Source: an uncultured Chloroflexia bacterium
GTDB taxonomy: Bacteria > Chloroflexota > Limnocylindria > Limnocylindrales > CSP1-4
Direction of reading: 5' to 3'
Length of the DNA: 64,000 bases
Assembly (NCBI GenBank): GCA_963713975.1
Contig: OY970218.1
Location: forward strand, 2,560,001-2,624,000
The notes below the pieces were generated by a model. That model ran no database searches. It was given only the letters and a program-made list of their open reading frames with translations, and was not told where the DNA came from. A program made the position numbers and the translations under genes. Shown here one piece after another: positions 1 through 10,605 of the stretch (positions are counted from its first letter, which is position 1; each line of letters starts with the position of its first letter).

Positions 1-2
1 TC

Positions 3-185
3 TTCCTGGGCTCACGGACGTCCGGGACACTGTCCGATGTGGGCAACCGGATGCAGGCCGTCCCCGGGGTGGAGCTCAACGCGACCACGCCGCCGTCCGA
101 GTACGCCACCAAGAAGACATGCAAGGCTGCCGGGTACACTTGGGTCGCCAAGGTGAAGAAGGTGCCCGCGCACTGCTCCGACTGA
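3..185 (+). CDS. 3' end of a small protein, possibly Flp-type pilin with a Cys-containing extension (5' truncated)
   Basis: Frame from nt 3 reads FLGSRTSGTLSDVGNRMQAVPGVELNATTPPSEYATKKTCKAAGYTWVAKVKKVPAHCSD-stop (TGA 183-185). FLGxxxSGTLSxVG resembles Flp pilin C-termini, but the diagnostic N-terminus is outside the window. Confidence 0.35.
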   Translation, partial: FLGSRTSGTLSDVGNRMQAVPGVELNATTPPSEYATKKTCKAAGYTWVAKVKKVPAHCSD

Positions 186-225
186 CCCGGCCGCCCGGGG
201 AGCGGCAGGTCCAGTGTGGCCGGCG

Positions 226-1911
226 CTACCCCTTCGCCTGCACCTTCGCCCAGGTGTCCTTGAGCGTCATCGTCCGGTTGAACACCGGCGCGCCGGGCGT
301 CGTTTCCGTGTCCGCGCAGAAGTAGCCCAGCCGCTCGAACTGCACGGTTTCCCCAACCGCCACTTCCGCCAGTGACGGCTCCACGAGGGCACCGCGGATC
401 ACGGTCTCGGATGCGGGGTTCAGGTCCGCGAACAGGTCGCCGTCCGCGCCCGGATCCGGCCTGCTGAACAGGTGGTCGTATAGCCGCACCTCCGCGCGAA
501 CGGCGTGCGCGGCCGACACCCAGTGGAGCGTCGCCTTGGGCCGCCGCCCGTCCGGGGAGTCCCCACCACGCGTCGCCGGGTCGTACGTGCAGCGCAGCTC
601 GACGATGTCGCCGGCCTCGTCCTTCACGATCCCGGTGCAGGTCACGAAATAGGCGGATCGCAGCCGCACCTCGCGGCCGGGAGCCAGGCGGAAGAACCTG
701 GGCGCCGGCTCCTCCATGAAGTCGTCGCGCTCGATCCACAGCTCACGCCCGAACTCGACCTTGCGGGTCCCGGCTGACGGGTCCTCGGGGTTGTTGACGA
801 CGTCCATCTCCTCGGACGCGCCATCGGGGAAGTTCTCGATGACCACCTTGAGCGGGTTGAGCACCCCGAAGCGCCGGGGCGAGGTCCGGTTCAGCACGCC
901 GCGGACCGCGTGCTCGAGGGCACCGAACTCCACGACGCTGTCGGCCTTGGCCACGCCGATCATCGCCGCGAAGTCGCGGATCCCCTCGGCGGGGAAGCCG
1001 CGCCTGCGGATGCCCGCGATCGTCGGCATCCGGGGGTCGTCCCAGCCGCGCACCAGGCCCTCGTTCACGAGCCGCAGCAGCACGCGCTTGGAGAGCACCG
1101 TGTAGGTGAGGTTGAGCCGTGCGAACTCGTACTGGCGCGGACGGGAGGGAACCGGGAGGTTGTCGATGAACCAGTCGTAGAGGGGCCGATGGTTCTCGAA
1201 CTCCAGGGTGCAGATCGAATGGGTGACACCCTCGATCGCATCCGACTGGCCGTGCGCGAAGTCGTACGTCGGGTAGATGCACCACGCACTGCCGGTCCGC
1301 GGATGCTCGGCGTGCACGATCCGGTAGAGCACCGGGTCGCGCAGGATGATGTTGGGCGCCGCCATGTCGATCCTGGCGCGCAGCACGCGTGCCCCGTTCT
1401 CGAACTCGCCCGCCCGCATCCGCGCAAACAGGTCGAGGCTCTCTGCGACGGGGCGGTCCCGCCAGGGCGAGTCGCGCCCGGGCTCGGTCAGCGTGCCGCG
1501 GTGCTCGCGGATCTCGTCGGCCGTGAGGTCGTCCACGTAGGCGTTGCCGGTCTCGACCAGGTGGACGGCCCAGGCGTACAGCTGCTCGAAGTAGTCGGAC
1601 GCGTGGTAGAGGTGCTCGCCCCAGTCGAAGCCGAGCCAGCGCACGTCTGCCTCGATGGCGTCGATGTACTCCTGCTCCTCCTTGACCGGGTTGGTGTCGT
1701 CGAACCGGAGGTTGCAGCGACCGCCGAACTCCGCGGCAATGCCGAAGTTGAGGCAGATGGACTTGGCATGCCCGATGTGCAGGTAGCCGTTGGGCTCCGG
1801 CGGGAAGCGGGTGACGACGGTCTCGTGCTGGCCCGTGCGCAGGTCCGCGGCCACGATGTCGCGGATGAAGTCGGTCCGTTCCGGGGTGGGGGAGGGGGTC
1901 GCTTCGGTCAC
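226..1911 (-). CDS. glnS: Glutamine--tRNA ligase
   Basis: [18 protein letters not shown] (HIGH), [47 protein letters not shown]; GTG start with AGGAG upstream. Confidence 0.97.
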   Translation of the reverse strand: MTEATPSPTPERTDFIRDIVAADLRTGQHETVVTRFPPEPNGYLHIGHAKSICLNFGIAAEFGGRCNLRFDDTNPVKEEQEYIDAIEADVRWLGFDWGEHLYHASDYFEQLYAWAVHLVETGNAYVDDLTADEIREHRGTLTEPGRDSPWRDRPVAESLDLFARMRAGEFENGARVLRARIDMAAPNIILRDPVLYRIVHAEHPRTGSAWCIYPTYDFAHGQSDAIEGVTHSICTLEFENHRPLYDWFIDNLPVPSRPRQYEFARLNLTYTVLSKRVLLRLVNEGLVRGWDDPRMPTIAGIRRRGFPAEGIRDFAAMIGVAKADSVVEFGALEHAVRGVLNRTSPRRFGVLNPLKVVIENFPDGASEEMDVVNNPEDPSAGTRKVEFGRELWIERDDFMEEPAPRFFRLAPGREVRLRSAYFVTCTGIVKDEAGDIVELRCTYDPATRGGDSPDGRRPKATLHWVSAAHAVRAEVRLYDHLFSRPDPGADGDLFADLNPASETVIRGALVEPSLAEVAVGETVQFERLGYFCADTETTPGAPVFNRTMTLKDTWAKVQAKG

Positions 1912-2415
1912 CGGGGCAGCGCTCCTGGCTCAAGTCAGGCCCACATCGTAGATGGCCGATCAGTCACGCGCCATCCGTGCCTGCTGGGTTCCCTTTGCGA
2001 TGGCGGCCAGGAGCACGAGCAGGCATGGCGTGCACCGATAGGGCACCGCCGCAGCCGGCGCCCGATCCTTGAGGTACCCCGCGCTGTCTTATGGCCGGTC
2101 CCGCACCACCGTTGAGACGGCCCATCTGGCCGAGATCAACGGCATCGACGTCCGACAGGACGGGCTCCGGGCGGCGGCCGCTGGGGACCAGTCGGTCCAC
2201 GCCGCGCAGGCGGATCCCAAGGAGGTCGCGGCTGCTGTCGGGCGCCCTCACCGCAAGGATCTGGTCAGCAGAGCTGCATCGACTCGTAGTTGTGGCACAT
2301 CTCGACGGCCTCGCCAGATCGGGCGGATCGCGGCATCTAGGGCTGATTGCGCTGGACGCCGTCCTAAGGCGCCAGCTCGGTCGTTTTGGTGGTCGGGGTC
2401 GGGGCGGTCGCGCGC

Positions 2416-3234
2416 TTACGTTGCCGAGGTTCCGGCCACGAGCACTTCAGTACCCAGCAACTCGACCTCGTCGCGCATTCCGCCCGGGACTTGCGTATCC
2501 GTCACGATGATGTTCACGCCGGTAACGGGTGCGATGAGTCCCATGAATACCCGCCCCCACTTTTCGCTGTCCACAAGCGCCACTGACCGCCGCGCGATCT
2601 TCAGCATCAGGCGCTTCATGGGGACCTCCTCCAGGACCGGGTTTGTCAGGCCGTTCACAGGTGTCAAGCCACGGGCGCCGACGAACGCTATGTCAACGAA
2701 CAGCTGCGCGAGCGCCTGCTCGGCGAGGACACCGACCAGCGAGCTTGCACGCGTGTGGACGTGCCCCCCGGTGACGATGAGCTCGATGTTCGCCTGGCCA
2801 CGCAACTGCCAGGCGAGCGGGAGCGAGGTGGTGACAACCGTCAGCCGCTTGCGAGATAGCAGATGAGGTGCCATCAGTTCCGTGGTCGACCCGGCGTCGA
2901 TGACGATGGCGTCGCCGTCGTTCACGAGGTCCGCGGCTGCCTTGGCGATCTCCGCCTTCGCCTGGGCGTTCTCCTTCTGTCGGCTCGCGAGCACGTGATC
3001 TTCCGTCCGTTGCGCCCGCACCGCGTCACCCGCAACAGCGCCGCCCCATGTCCGGGCGATGATCCTGTGGTTCGCGAGCCAGATCAGATCGCGCCGGACC
3101 GTCGAGGGCGAGACCGAGAGGGACCGCGCAAGTTCGTCAACCGATGCGCCCCCAGCGGATCGGATCATCTCCGCGATCCGCAGCCGCCGCTCGGCGACCA
3201 GCGGTTCGCGCGCTTCCGGCTCGTCCTGGTGCAT
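2416..3234 (-). CDS. DeoR/GlpR family transcriptional regulator
   Basis: HTH VDELARSLSVSPSTVRRDL, RTWGGA, KAEIAKAAADLVNDGDAIVIDAGSTT, LVDSEKW; divergent from the catabolic operon. Confidence 0.93.
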   Translation of the reverse strand: MHQDEPEAREPLVAERRLRIAEMIRSAGGASVDELARSLSVSPSTVRRDLIWLANHRIIARTWGGAVAGDAVRAQRTEDHVLASRQKENAQAKAEIAKAAADLVNDGDAIVIDAGSTTELMAPHLLSRKRLTVVTTSLPLAWQLRGQANIELIVTGGHVHTRASSLVGVLAEQALAQLFVDIAFVGARGLTPVNGLTNPVLEEVPMKRLMLKIARRSVALVDSEKWGRVFMGLIAPVTGVNIIVTDTQVPGGMRDEVELLGTEVLVAGTSAT

Positions 3235-3250
3235 CGCGACCCTCCTGAGG

Positions 3251-3330
3251 ACTGAGCATACCGGACGGGCAACCCAAGAATGAGCAGAAATGAGCAGACT
3301 TAAGTGCGCAAAGATGGCGTATACTGAGCG
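3251..3330. promoter_or_regulatory. Divergent promoter region with tandem TGAGCAGA repeats (candidate DeoR operator) and TATACT -10
   Basis: AATGAGCAGA-AATGAGCAGA at 3279-3298, further TGAGC at 3253 and 3325, TATACT at 3320-3325. Confidence 0.5.
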
Positions 3331-3392
3331 AACTCGCTCGCAGGCGTCCCCTTGGAGCGGCCAAAGCGATCGCTTTTGACCGGAGGATGGGG

Positions 3393-4391
3393 ATGAAGAA
3401 GATCATCAACGAGCCCGCGAGCTTCGTGGATCAGATGCTCGACGGGCTACTGGTTGCCCATCCCGACATGCTCCGCGCGGCATCACCCGATAGGCGCGCG
3501 CTCGTCCGCGCTGATGCTCCGGTAACAGGGCACGTCGGCATCGTGACCGGAGGCGGCTCAGGTCACTTGCCCGTCTTTCTGGGATATGTGGGCGTCGGCC
3601 TGTGTACTGGCGTCGCCATCGGCAACGTCTTCTCGTCACCGTCGATGGACCAGGTCCTCGACGCGACGCGCGCGGTAAACGGCGGTGCCGGAGTCCTCTA
3701 CCTCTACGGCAACTACGGCGGCGACGTCATGAACTTCGACCTTGCGGGCGAGCTCGCGGAGGCCGAGGGGATTACTACCACGACGGTGCTTGTCGCGGAC
3801 GATGTTGCATCCGCCCCGGCCGATCGAGCGGACACCCGCCGAGGCGTCGCTGGCATGGTGTTCGCGTTCAAGTGCGCCGGCGCCGCCGCGGAGCGCGGCG
3901 ACGACTTGGAGGCCGTCGCCGATGTTGCCCGGCATGCGATTGCGAACACGCGCTCGATGGGTGTCGGCCTTTCGCCCACGATCCTCCCCGCGGCCGGCAA
4001 GCCCACGTTCGAGCTTGGGCCCGACGAGATGGAGATCGGCATCGGCATCCATGGCGAGCCCGGCGTCCGACGGGGCGCGCTCGAACCTGCGGACGCAATC
4101 GCGGATGACCTCCTGGGCGCGATCAGCGCCGATCTGGCGCTCGCGCCAGGAGATCGGGTCGCAGTGATGGTCAACGGCCTTGGCGCAACCCCTCTCGAGG
4201 AACTCTACGTCCTGTACCGGCGGATCAACGCCCGACTCACCGCGGCCGGGATCGCCATCCACCGCCCGTACATCGGTGAGTACGCGACGAGTCTTGAGAT
4301 GGCCGGAGCCTCTCTGACAATCATGCGCCTTGACGGCCGCCTCACCGAGCTGCTCGACGCTCCGGCACGCTCCCCGTTCTTCCGGCAATGA
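3393..4391 (+). CDS. dhaK: Dihydroxyacetone/short-chain ketose kinase, DhaK subunit
   Basis: MKKIINEP, GGGSGHLP, GNVFSSP, NYGGDVMNF, DDVAS, RRGVAG, EIGIGIHGEPG, NGLGATP, TSLEMAG; GGAGG 6 nt upstream. Confidence 0.92.
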   Translation: MKKIINEPASFVDQMLDGLLVAHPDMLRAASPDRRALVRADAPVTGHVGIVTGGGSGHLPVFLGYVGVGLCTGVAIGNVFSSPSMDQVLDATRAVNGGAGVLYLYGNYGGDVMNFDLAGELAEAEGITTTTVLVADDVASAPADRADTRRGVAGMVFAFKCAGAAAERGDDLEAVADVARHAIANTRSMGVGLSPTILPAAGKPTFELGPDEMEIGIGIHGEPGVRRGALEPADAIADDLLGAISADLALAPGDRVAVMVNGLGATPLEELYVLYRRINARLTAAGIAIHRPYIGEYATSLEMAGASLTIMRLDGRLTELLDAPARSPFFRQ

Positions 4392-5014
4392 CGGGCCTCG
4401 AACTCCGCCGGCTGCTGTCGGCCGCCCTCTCCAGGATGCCTGCCGCATCAGACGAGTTGCGTGACCTCGATGCCGCGATCGGGGACGGTGACCTCGGGAT
4501 TACGGTCTCGGAGGGGAGTATGGCGGCGCGCGCCGCACTGGATGGGCTACCCGCGGAGGCAACGCCCGGGGAGGTCCTCCGAGCCATGGGCCCGGCCGTT
4601 GCCCGGGCCAACCCGTCGACGTTTGCCGCTTTGGTGGCGTCTGCCCTGCTGGCCGGTGCCCGTTCATTGGGCGACCGCGAGACAGTGACGGGTGAGGACC
4701 TCATCGAGGCCGGGCGTGTCGCTGCTCAGGCCATCGCGACACGAGGCAAGTCCGAGGTGGGCGACAAGACGGTCCTCGACGCGCTGGTGCCCAGCCTGGA
4801 GGCCGCGGCAACGCACCCGAGTGCACCGTTCTCGGCAGCGCTCGAGGCGGCTCGCACCGGGGTCGACGCCACCCTCGATCTCGTCTCGGTGCGGGGCCGC
4901 GCCGCATGGGTCGGCGAGCGCACGCGCGGTCATGCGGACCCTGGTGCCACGGCATACCTGCGACTGCTCGAGGCGATCGACGCAGCCTCACACGACACGG
5001 AGGCGACAGTATGA
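4388..5014 (+). CDS. dhaL: Dihydroxyacetone kinase DhaL (DAK2) subunit
   Basis: LDAAIGDGDLG, GKSEVGDKTVLDAL, GRAAWVGERTRGHADPGA; ATGA overlap with dhaK. Confidence 0.9.
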   Translation: MTGLELRRLLSAALSRMPAASDELRDLDAAIGDGDLGITVSEGSMAARAALDGLPAEATPGEVLRAMGPAVARANPSTFAALVASALLAGARSLGDRETVTGEDLIEAGRVAAQAIATRGKSEVGDKTVLDALVPSLEAAATHPSAPFSAALEAARTGVDATLDLVSVRGRAAWVGERTRGHADPGATAYLRLLEAIDAASHDTEATV

Positions 5015-5784
5015 GCACGAACTTCGTGATCCCCACCTATAGGGTCACCGCCATCAATCTGGGCAACATCATCCTCGACAAATCTGCCATGACCTACATG
5101 AGCGGTGTCGGCACGAAGGTTACGGTCCCGGTCTGGGGGGCCGCCGTCGAGGGGAACGGCCTGAAAATCCTCGTGGACACGGGGATCAGCGATCCCGAGA
5201 AGTACGTGCCATACCACCCATGCTGGCAGGAGAAGGACGAGACGCTCGAAGCAGGCCTGGCCGAGCTCGGCTGGGGTTTCAACGACATCGACATCGTAAT
5301 CAACTCGCACCTCCACTACGACCACAGCGAGAACAACCCGCGCCTCCCCAATGCGCGGTTCTTTGTCTCGCTACGCGAGTGGGAGTTCGCGAAGAACCCC
5401 ATCGTGACGCAGGCCTGGCTGTACGGGCACAACTGGGACCGCGAGCCATTGAGCGTCATGAACTACACGCTGATTGACCAGGACCTCTTTGATGTCGTCC
5501 CGGGCATCAAGACCATCGAGACGCCTGGCCACTCGGCGGGCCACCAGTCGATCCTCGTCCAGACAGGCGAGGGCCTCCTGTGCATCGCCGGCGATGCGGC
5601 CTGCTTCATGGAGAACTTCACGCGGCCGACCCCGCCAGGCGGACTGACCTCCGTGGAGGAGGGCCTGGCCTCCATCGAGAAGATGCGCCGATACGCAGAC
5701 CGGATCTTCATGAACCACGACCCGGAGATCAAGAAGTACCAGCAGGGCGGGTTCCCGGAGGTGCCGAAGTCGACCCTCACCTGA
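5011..5784 (+). CDS. Metallo-beta-lactamase-fold hydrolase, N-acyl-homoserine lactonase-like
   Basis: LVDTG, SHLHYDH, TPGHSAGHQS, IAGDA, NHD; GGAGG RBS; ATGA overlap. Confidence 0.85.
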   Translation: MSTNFVIPTYRVTAINLGNIILDKSAMTYMSGVGTKVTVPVWGAAVEGNGLKILVDTGISDPEKYVPYHPCWQEKDETLEAGLAELGWGFNDIDIVINSHLHYDHSENNPRLPNARFFVSLREWEFAKNPIVTQAWLYGHNWDREPLSVMNYTLIDQDLFDVVPGIKTIETPGHSAGHQSILVQTGEGLLCIAGDAACFMENFTRPTPPGGLTSVEEGLASIEKMRRYADRIFMNHDPEIKKYQQGGFPEVPKSTLT

Positions 5785-5828
5785 TCCCCAGCCGTCGATC
5801 CCACCAACGAAAGAGAGAGGACACCCCC

Positions 5829-7019
5829 GTGTACTTCAACCAGTGGCGCCGGTTTCTCGGCGTCGCAGCGATCGCGGCCCTGACCGTCAGCGCCTGCGGT
5901 GGCGGCACCGCCACGGCGGCCCCGTCAGCGGCCGCATCGACTGGCGCGTCGGAGGCACCCAGTGCAGCAGCCGGCATTGACCCGGCCGTCGACCTGTTTC
6001 CCGTGGAGGGCAACTGGAAGGTCGGCCTGAGCATGAGCTACTTCGGCAACGGCTGGCAAACCGAGAACCAGTACGCCGCTCAGGCGCTAACCGGGCTCGG
6101 CGCCTACAAGGATCACGTCGAGCTCACCGTGACCCAGTCGGGCCCGGACGTGCAGAAGCAGAACGCGCAGATCAACCAGCTGATCGCCGAGGGTGTGAAC
6201 GCCATCATCGGCTTCGCGATCTCGCCGGACGGGCTGAATAACACGGTCAAGGCCGCGTGCGACGCCGGCATCGTCGTCGTCTTCTATAGCGGCCACTCGA
6301 CCGAGACCTGCTCCCACTTCGTCGGCGTCGACTACGCGCTCCAGGGCAAGGTCATGGCCGAGTGGCTCGCCGATGCCATGAACGGCACAGGCAACATCTT
6401 GATGAACCACGGCGTTGCCGGAACGGGCCCAATGGTGCAGCGCGACGAGGCCGCGAAGGCGGTCTTCGCCCAGTACCCGGACCTCAAGGTGGTTGCCGAG
6501 ATCAATGGCGACTGGTCGGCGGCCGTGTCGCAGACGCAGGCCGCCCAGGCACTCGCCGCGCACCCGGACATCCAGGGGGTGTGGTCCGAGGCAGGATCTG
6601 ACGGCGTCGTGCGGGCGATGCAGGCCCAGGGCCTGAAGCTCGTACCGACCACGGGTGAAGGCACCAACGGCTGGCACCGGATGCTTGTCGACCAGGACCT
6701 CGCGGCCGCTGGCCTGACCGGCATGAGCACCGCCGACGCGTCCTTCGACGCGCCGCTCGCGCTCAAGCTCGCGGTTGCGCAACTCGAAGGCATCGACATC
6801 CCGGGCAAGTACATCATCCCGGTCCCCACGGTCTACCAGCAGACCCCTGCAAAGGTCGACCCCGGGATCGCGGTCGGCGAGCTCAAGGAGTGCACGGATA
6901 TCCAGGCCGGATGCACCGTGTTCCCAACGGGGCTGTTCCCGGACGATTACTTCGTTTCGTTCTACTTCGAGGGCCTGCCTGAGCTCACGCTCGACTCGTA
7001 CGTGACCGGCAAGTCATAG
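5829..7019 (+). CDS. Sugar ABC transporter substrate-binding lipoprotein (RbsB-like)
   Basis: GTG start after GAGAGG; signal peptide ending LTVSAC; Ala-rich linker; GLSMSYFGNGWQ, QINQLIAEGVNAII. Confidence 0.88.
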   Translation: MYFNQWRRFLGVAAIAALTVSACGGGTATAAPSAAASTGASEAPSAAAGIDPAVDLFPVEGNWKVGLSMSYFGNGWQTENQYAAQALTGLGAYKDHVELTVTQSGPDVQKQNAQINQLIAEGVNAIIGFAISPDGLNNTVKAACDAGIVVVFYSGHSTETCSHFVGVDYALQGKVMAEWLADAMNGTGNILMNHGVAGTGPMVQRDEAAKAVFAQYPDLKVVAEINGDWSAAVSQTQAAQALAAHPDIQGVWSEAGSDGVVRAMQAQGLKLVPTTGEGTNGWHRMLVDQDLAAAGLTGMSTADASFDAPLALKLAVAQLEGIDIPGKYIIPVPTVYQQTPAKVDPGIAVGELKECTDIQAGCTVFPTGLFPDDYFVSFYFEGLPELTLDSYVTGKS

Positions 7020-7031
7020 TCGCTCCTCCCT

Positions 7032-7071
7032 GCCAGCTGCTGCTGGGTGCTCCGCCCCCGCAGCAGCTGGC
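7032..7071 (+). terminator. Intergenic stem-loop after the binding-protein gene (mRNA stabiliser or partial terminator)
   Basis: GCCAGCTGCTGC (7032-7043) pairs with GCAGCAGCTGGC (7060-7071); no U-tract. Confidence 0.6.
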
Positions 7072-7094
7072 CTCCCCCGCCTGGAGGCGCCCTG

Positions 7095-8609
7095 ATGGGT
7101 GAAGACGTCCTCGCGCTAACCGCGGTCAACAAGCACTACGGCACGACACTTGCCCTGCACGACGTGTCCCTCTCGGTGCGTTCCGGGGAGATCCATGCGC
7201 TTCTGGGTGAGAACGGTGCCGGCAAGTCGACGCTGATCAAGATCGTCACTGCCGTGCTTGCGCCCGATGACGGCGCCGTCACCGTTCTCGGCGCGCCGGT
7301 GGCGTTCGGTCATCCCGACCAGATGATCCGCGCCGGCCTGTCCACGGTCTATCAGGACCTCAGCCTCATCCCGGGTCTCACCGTGGCCGCGAACCTCGAC
7401 CTCGGCCGGCCCGGCATGCTGAAGCCCGTCGCGCGCTCGCGGCGCGAGGCGGCAAAAGTGCTCGCTGCCTTCGACGTCGACGACATCGACCCCGAGGATC
7501 TGGTCGAGGACCTCTCCTTCGCTCAACGCCAGCGGCTCGAGATCGTGCGTGCGCTCGCGCGTCGGCCCAAGATCCTGCTCCTCGACGAGCCGACCTCCGC
7601 CCTGGGCCAGCCCGAGGTCGACTGGCTGTTCGGTCTGCTGATTGAAGAACGATCGCGCGGGACCGCGATCGTCATCATCTCTCACCGGATGGGCGAGATC
7701 CGCGAGATCTGCGATCGCGTCACCATCCTCCGCAACGGCCAGAACGTCGGCACCCTCGTCGCTGCCGAGGTCACCGATGCTGCCATCGTCCAGCTCATGC
7801 TCGGGCGAAGCCTCGCGGCCGCCTTTCCTGATCGAGGCGAGCATGCGCGGCCTGCCCGGGAGCCGGTCTTGGAAGTTCGCGCCATGGCGGTGCCTCGCCT
7901 GCTGCGCGAGGCATCGTTCACGCTGGCAGGCGGGGAGGTGCTCGGGCTCGCCGGCCTCGACGGCCAGGGTCAGCGCCAGATCCTCCAAGCGCTCGGAGGC
8001 CTTGTGGCCACGACGGGTGGGTCGATCTCCCGACGGGGCGGCCCAGTGCGGATCACGTCGCCGGGCGCCGCGATCAAGGCCGGGATCGTACTCATCCCGG
8101 CCGACCGGGCCAGAGAGGGGCTGCTCCTCCCCATGACCGTGGGTTGGAACATGTCCCTCCCCGTGGTGGGCCAGTTCACGAGGGCACTCCTCATCGACGA
8201 GGGCGCAGAGCGGGCGGCCGTGCTGACGATGGCGCGCAGCCTGGACCTTGCGGAGGATCGCGTCAGCCTGCCGGTCGGTGCCCTGAGCGGGGGTAACCAG
8301 CAGAAGGTGCTCCTCGGGAAGTGGCTGATGACCGATGCGGAGGTGATCCTCCTTGATGACCCCACGCAAGGTGTCGATGTAGGGACGAAGTACGAGATCG
8401 GCGCTCAGATCATCCGTCTCGCGAGCGCCGGGAAGGGCGTGATCCTGTACTCGACTGACTTGGACGAGCTCGTGCACCTCGCCGATCGAGTGTTGGTCCT
8501 GTACCAGGGACGCGTCGTTGCCGAGCTGCTCCAGCCCGATCTCGACGCGGAGGCAATCCTCGCGCCGATGACGGGCCACGTCCGCGAAGCCGCGGAAGCG
8601 GGCCTCTGA
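7095..8609 (+). CDS. Sugar ABC transporter ATP-binding protein (two domains, RbsA-like)
   Basis: GENGAGKS, LLLDEPT, ISHRM, LSGGNQQKV, LLDDPTQGVDVG. Confidence 0.95.
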   Translation: MGEDVLALTAVNKHYGTTLALHDVSLSVRSGEIHALLGENGAGKSTLIKIVTAVLAPDDGAVTVLGAPVAFGHPDQMIRAGLSTVYQDLSLIPGLTVAANLDLGRPGMLKPVARSRREAAKVLAAFDVDDIDPEDLVEDLSFAQRQRLEIVRALARRPKILLLDEPTSALGQPEVDWLFGLLIEERSRGTAIVIISHRMGEIREICDRVTILRNGQNVGTLVAAEVTDAAIVQLMLGRSLAAAFPDRGEHARPAREPVLEVRAMAVPRLLREASFTLAGGEVLGLAGLDGQGQRQILQALGGLVATTGGSISRRGGPVRITSPGAAIKAGIVLIPADRAREGLLLPMTVGWNMSLPVVGQFTRALLIDEGAERAAVLTMARSLDLAEDRVSLPVGALSGGNQQKVLLGKWLMTDAEVILLDDPTQGVDVGTKYEIGAQIIRLASAGKGVILYSTDLDELVHLADRVLVLYQGRVVAELLQPDLDAEAILAPMTGHVREAAEAGL

Positions 8610-9607
8610 TGGCCGCCACGCTCGCCCCCGCGCAGCCTCGCGCCAGACGCGTCCGCGCCGTGTCGCGCAATCAGGGCGCGATCATCGCTGGCGTCATCCT
8701 CGTCGTGCTCCTTGTCGTGTACCAGGCACAATCCGGCAAGATCCTCTCAACGATCCAGATGCGCATCCTGCTCAACGGGGCGCTCGCGCTCGTGTGGGCG
8801 GCGATCGGTCTGACGTTCGTCGTCGTTGCGGGTGGCTTCGACCTCTCCGTCGGCGCACTCATGAGTCTCGCGAACGTCCTTGCGGCCACCCTCTTGGCCG
8901 GAACGGTCAGCGACCCGTTCGTGATCGCCGCCATCCTGCTGGTCGGTGGCCTCGCCGGGCTCGCAAATGGTGTCCTCATCGCCGTCGTCCGAATCCAGTC
9001 GATCATCGTGACACTCTCTGCGATGTTCATCTGGTCCGGGGTCGCCCTGCTGATCATGCCGCAGCCGGGAGGCGTGATCCCGGGCTATGTCTCCGATCTC
9101 ACTGGCGGGTCGCTCGGCGGCGTCCCGGTGGCGCTCATCTGGATCGCGGCCATCGTGGGGGCGATCGCCGTGTTCAGCCAAAGCTCGGCATGGAACGTGC
9201 TGTTCTCTCTCGGCGGCGACGAGGTTGGAGCCCGCCGCAGCGGGGTTCGCGTGACACGCGGCAAGCTTCTCGCCTACACGACCGCGGGGGTCTGCTACGC
9301 GATTGCCGGCCTCTTCCTGAGCGCCCAGAGCACAGGGGGAGACGCGAACATCGGCACGCCATTCCTGCTCACGGCCTTCGCCGCTGTCATCCTCGGCGGC
9401 ACGCCGCTCGGTGGGGGACGCGGCACGTTCGTTGGCACAGTGCTCGGCGCGCTCGTGGTGGCGACGCTCGGCAGCGTGCTGCTCTCGCTGGGCGTGACGT
9501 CATACTGGACCGACGTGGTCCAGGGGGCGGTGCTGATCCTCGCCGTCGTCCTGCCGACGCTTGTGGCACGCATCGCGCGTCGGCGCGCGGCGAGGGACGC
9601 GAGGTGA
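8609..9607 (+). CDS. Sugar ABC transporter permease
   Basis: GGFDLSVG, IQSIIVTL, AAVILGGTPLGGGRG; multiple hydrophobic segments. Confidence 0.93.
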   Translation: MAATLAPAQPRARRVRAVSRNQGAIIAGVILVVLLVVYQAQSGKILSTIQMRILLNGALALVWAAIGLTFVVVAGGFDLSVGALMSLANVLAATLLAGTVSDPFVIAAILLVGGLAGLANGVLIAVVRIQSIIVTLSAMFIWSGVALLIMPQPGGVIPGYVSDLTGGSLGGVPVALIWIAAIVGAIAVFSQSSAWNVLFSLGGDEVGARRSGVRVTRGKLLAYTTAGVCYAIAGLFLSAQSTGGDANIGTPFLLTAFAAVILGGTPLGGGRGTFVGTVLGALVVATLGSVLLSLGVTSYWTDVVQGAVLILAVVLPTLVARIARRRAARDAR

Positions 9608-10581
9608 CCACGGTGGGCTCGAAACGGCGCATCCGTTCCTTCATCGCCGACAACCGTGTCGTCCTGCCAGTCTATGTTGCGATCGTCGTCCTCGCGGTGG
9701 CCGCGGCGGCTGTCAGCTCGAACCTCGCGACGTTCGAGAGCATCCGGACCATCCTGACGCTCTCGACCTTCCTGGCTGTCCTCGGGATCGGGCAAGGGCT
9801 GGTGATCCTCACCGGTGGCATTGACATGTCGGTCCCCTGGGGCATGGCCACGGCCGGAATCATGCTCACTACCATGACCGCCGGCCTGGACGGGGCGCTG
9901 GTCTGGGTCCTCCCCGCGATACTGCTGTTCGGCGTGGTGCTCGGCCTCGCCAACGGGATTGGCGTGGCGATCCTTGGCGTCTCGCCGCTGGTGATGACCC
10001 TCGCAATGAACGTGGTTCTCCGCGGCTTGACCCTGGTCGCGGTGAACGGCACGCCGACAGGGCTCACGCCGCCCGTGATCACAGACCTGATGTCCGGGCG
10101 GTTACTCGGGTGGCTACCGCCCGTGTTCCTCCTGGTCGCACTCTTGTACGCCGTCACGATCGTTGCTCTCCGACGGACGCCGTACGGACGGCGGGTCTAT
10201 GCGGTCGGCACGAACGCGCACGTCACCTGGCTCGCCGGCGTTCGCGTGCCCCTCATCGTGATCTCGGCCTACGTCGTATCGGGCGTCATGTCCGCGATTG
10301 CGGGGGTGCTACTCACCGGCTACTCCACCCTCGCCTTCGTCAACATGGGCGACCCGTACCTGCTGCCGTCGATCGCCGCGGTAGTCGTAGGTGGGGCCGC
10401 GATCACCGGCGGACGCGGCTCCCCGGTCGGGTCGCTGGGCGGCGCAATCATGCTCACGCTTCTTGGCACGCTCCTCACTGCTCTCGTGCTGCCGCCCGCA
10501 GTCCGCAATATTGCGTTCGGCGTCGTCGTGCTGGTTGCGGTGCTGGCCACCTCCTGGGAATCGCGTGACTCCCGCGTCTGA
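9604..10581 (+). CDS. Sugar ABC transporter permease
   Basis: GTG start overlapping upstream TGA; TGGIDMSV, YGRRVYAVG, IAAVVVGGAAITGGRG. Confidence 0.92.
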   Translation: MTTVGSKRRIRSFIADNRVVLPVYVAIVVLAVAAAAVSSNLATFESIRTILTLSTFLAVLGIGQGLVILTGGIDMSVPWGMATAGIMLTTMTAGLDGALVWVLPAILLFGVVLGLANGIGVAILGVSPLVMTLAMNVVLRGLTLVAVNGTPTGLTPPVITDLMSGRLLGWLPPVFLLVALLYAVTIVALRRTPYGRRVYAVGTNAHVTWLAGVRVPLIVISAYVVSGVMSAIAGVLLTGYSTLAFVNMGDPYLLPSIAAVVVGGAAITGGRGSPVGSLGGAIMLTLLGTLLTALVLPPAVRNIAFGVVVLVAVLATSWESRDSRV

Positions 10582-10605
10582 CCCTGCAAAGTTTGGAGGC
10601 CCGGA

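Noticed and set aside
1950-2410. Possible gene or third att copy between glnS and deoR
   Set aside because: No coherent ORF with recognisable motifs and no match to the tRNA 3' end beyond a chance 8-mer; probably decayed DNA.
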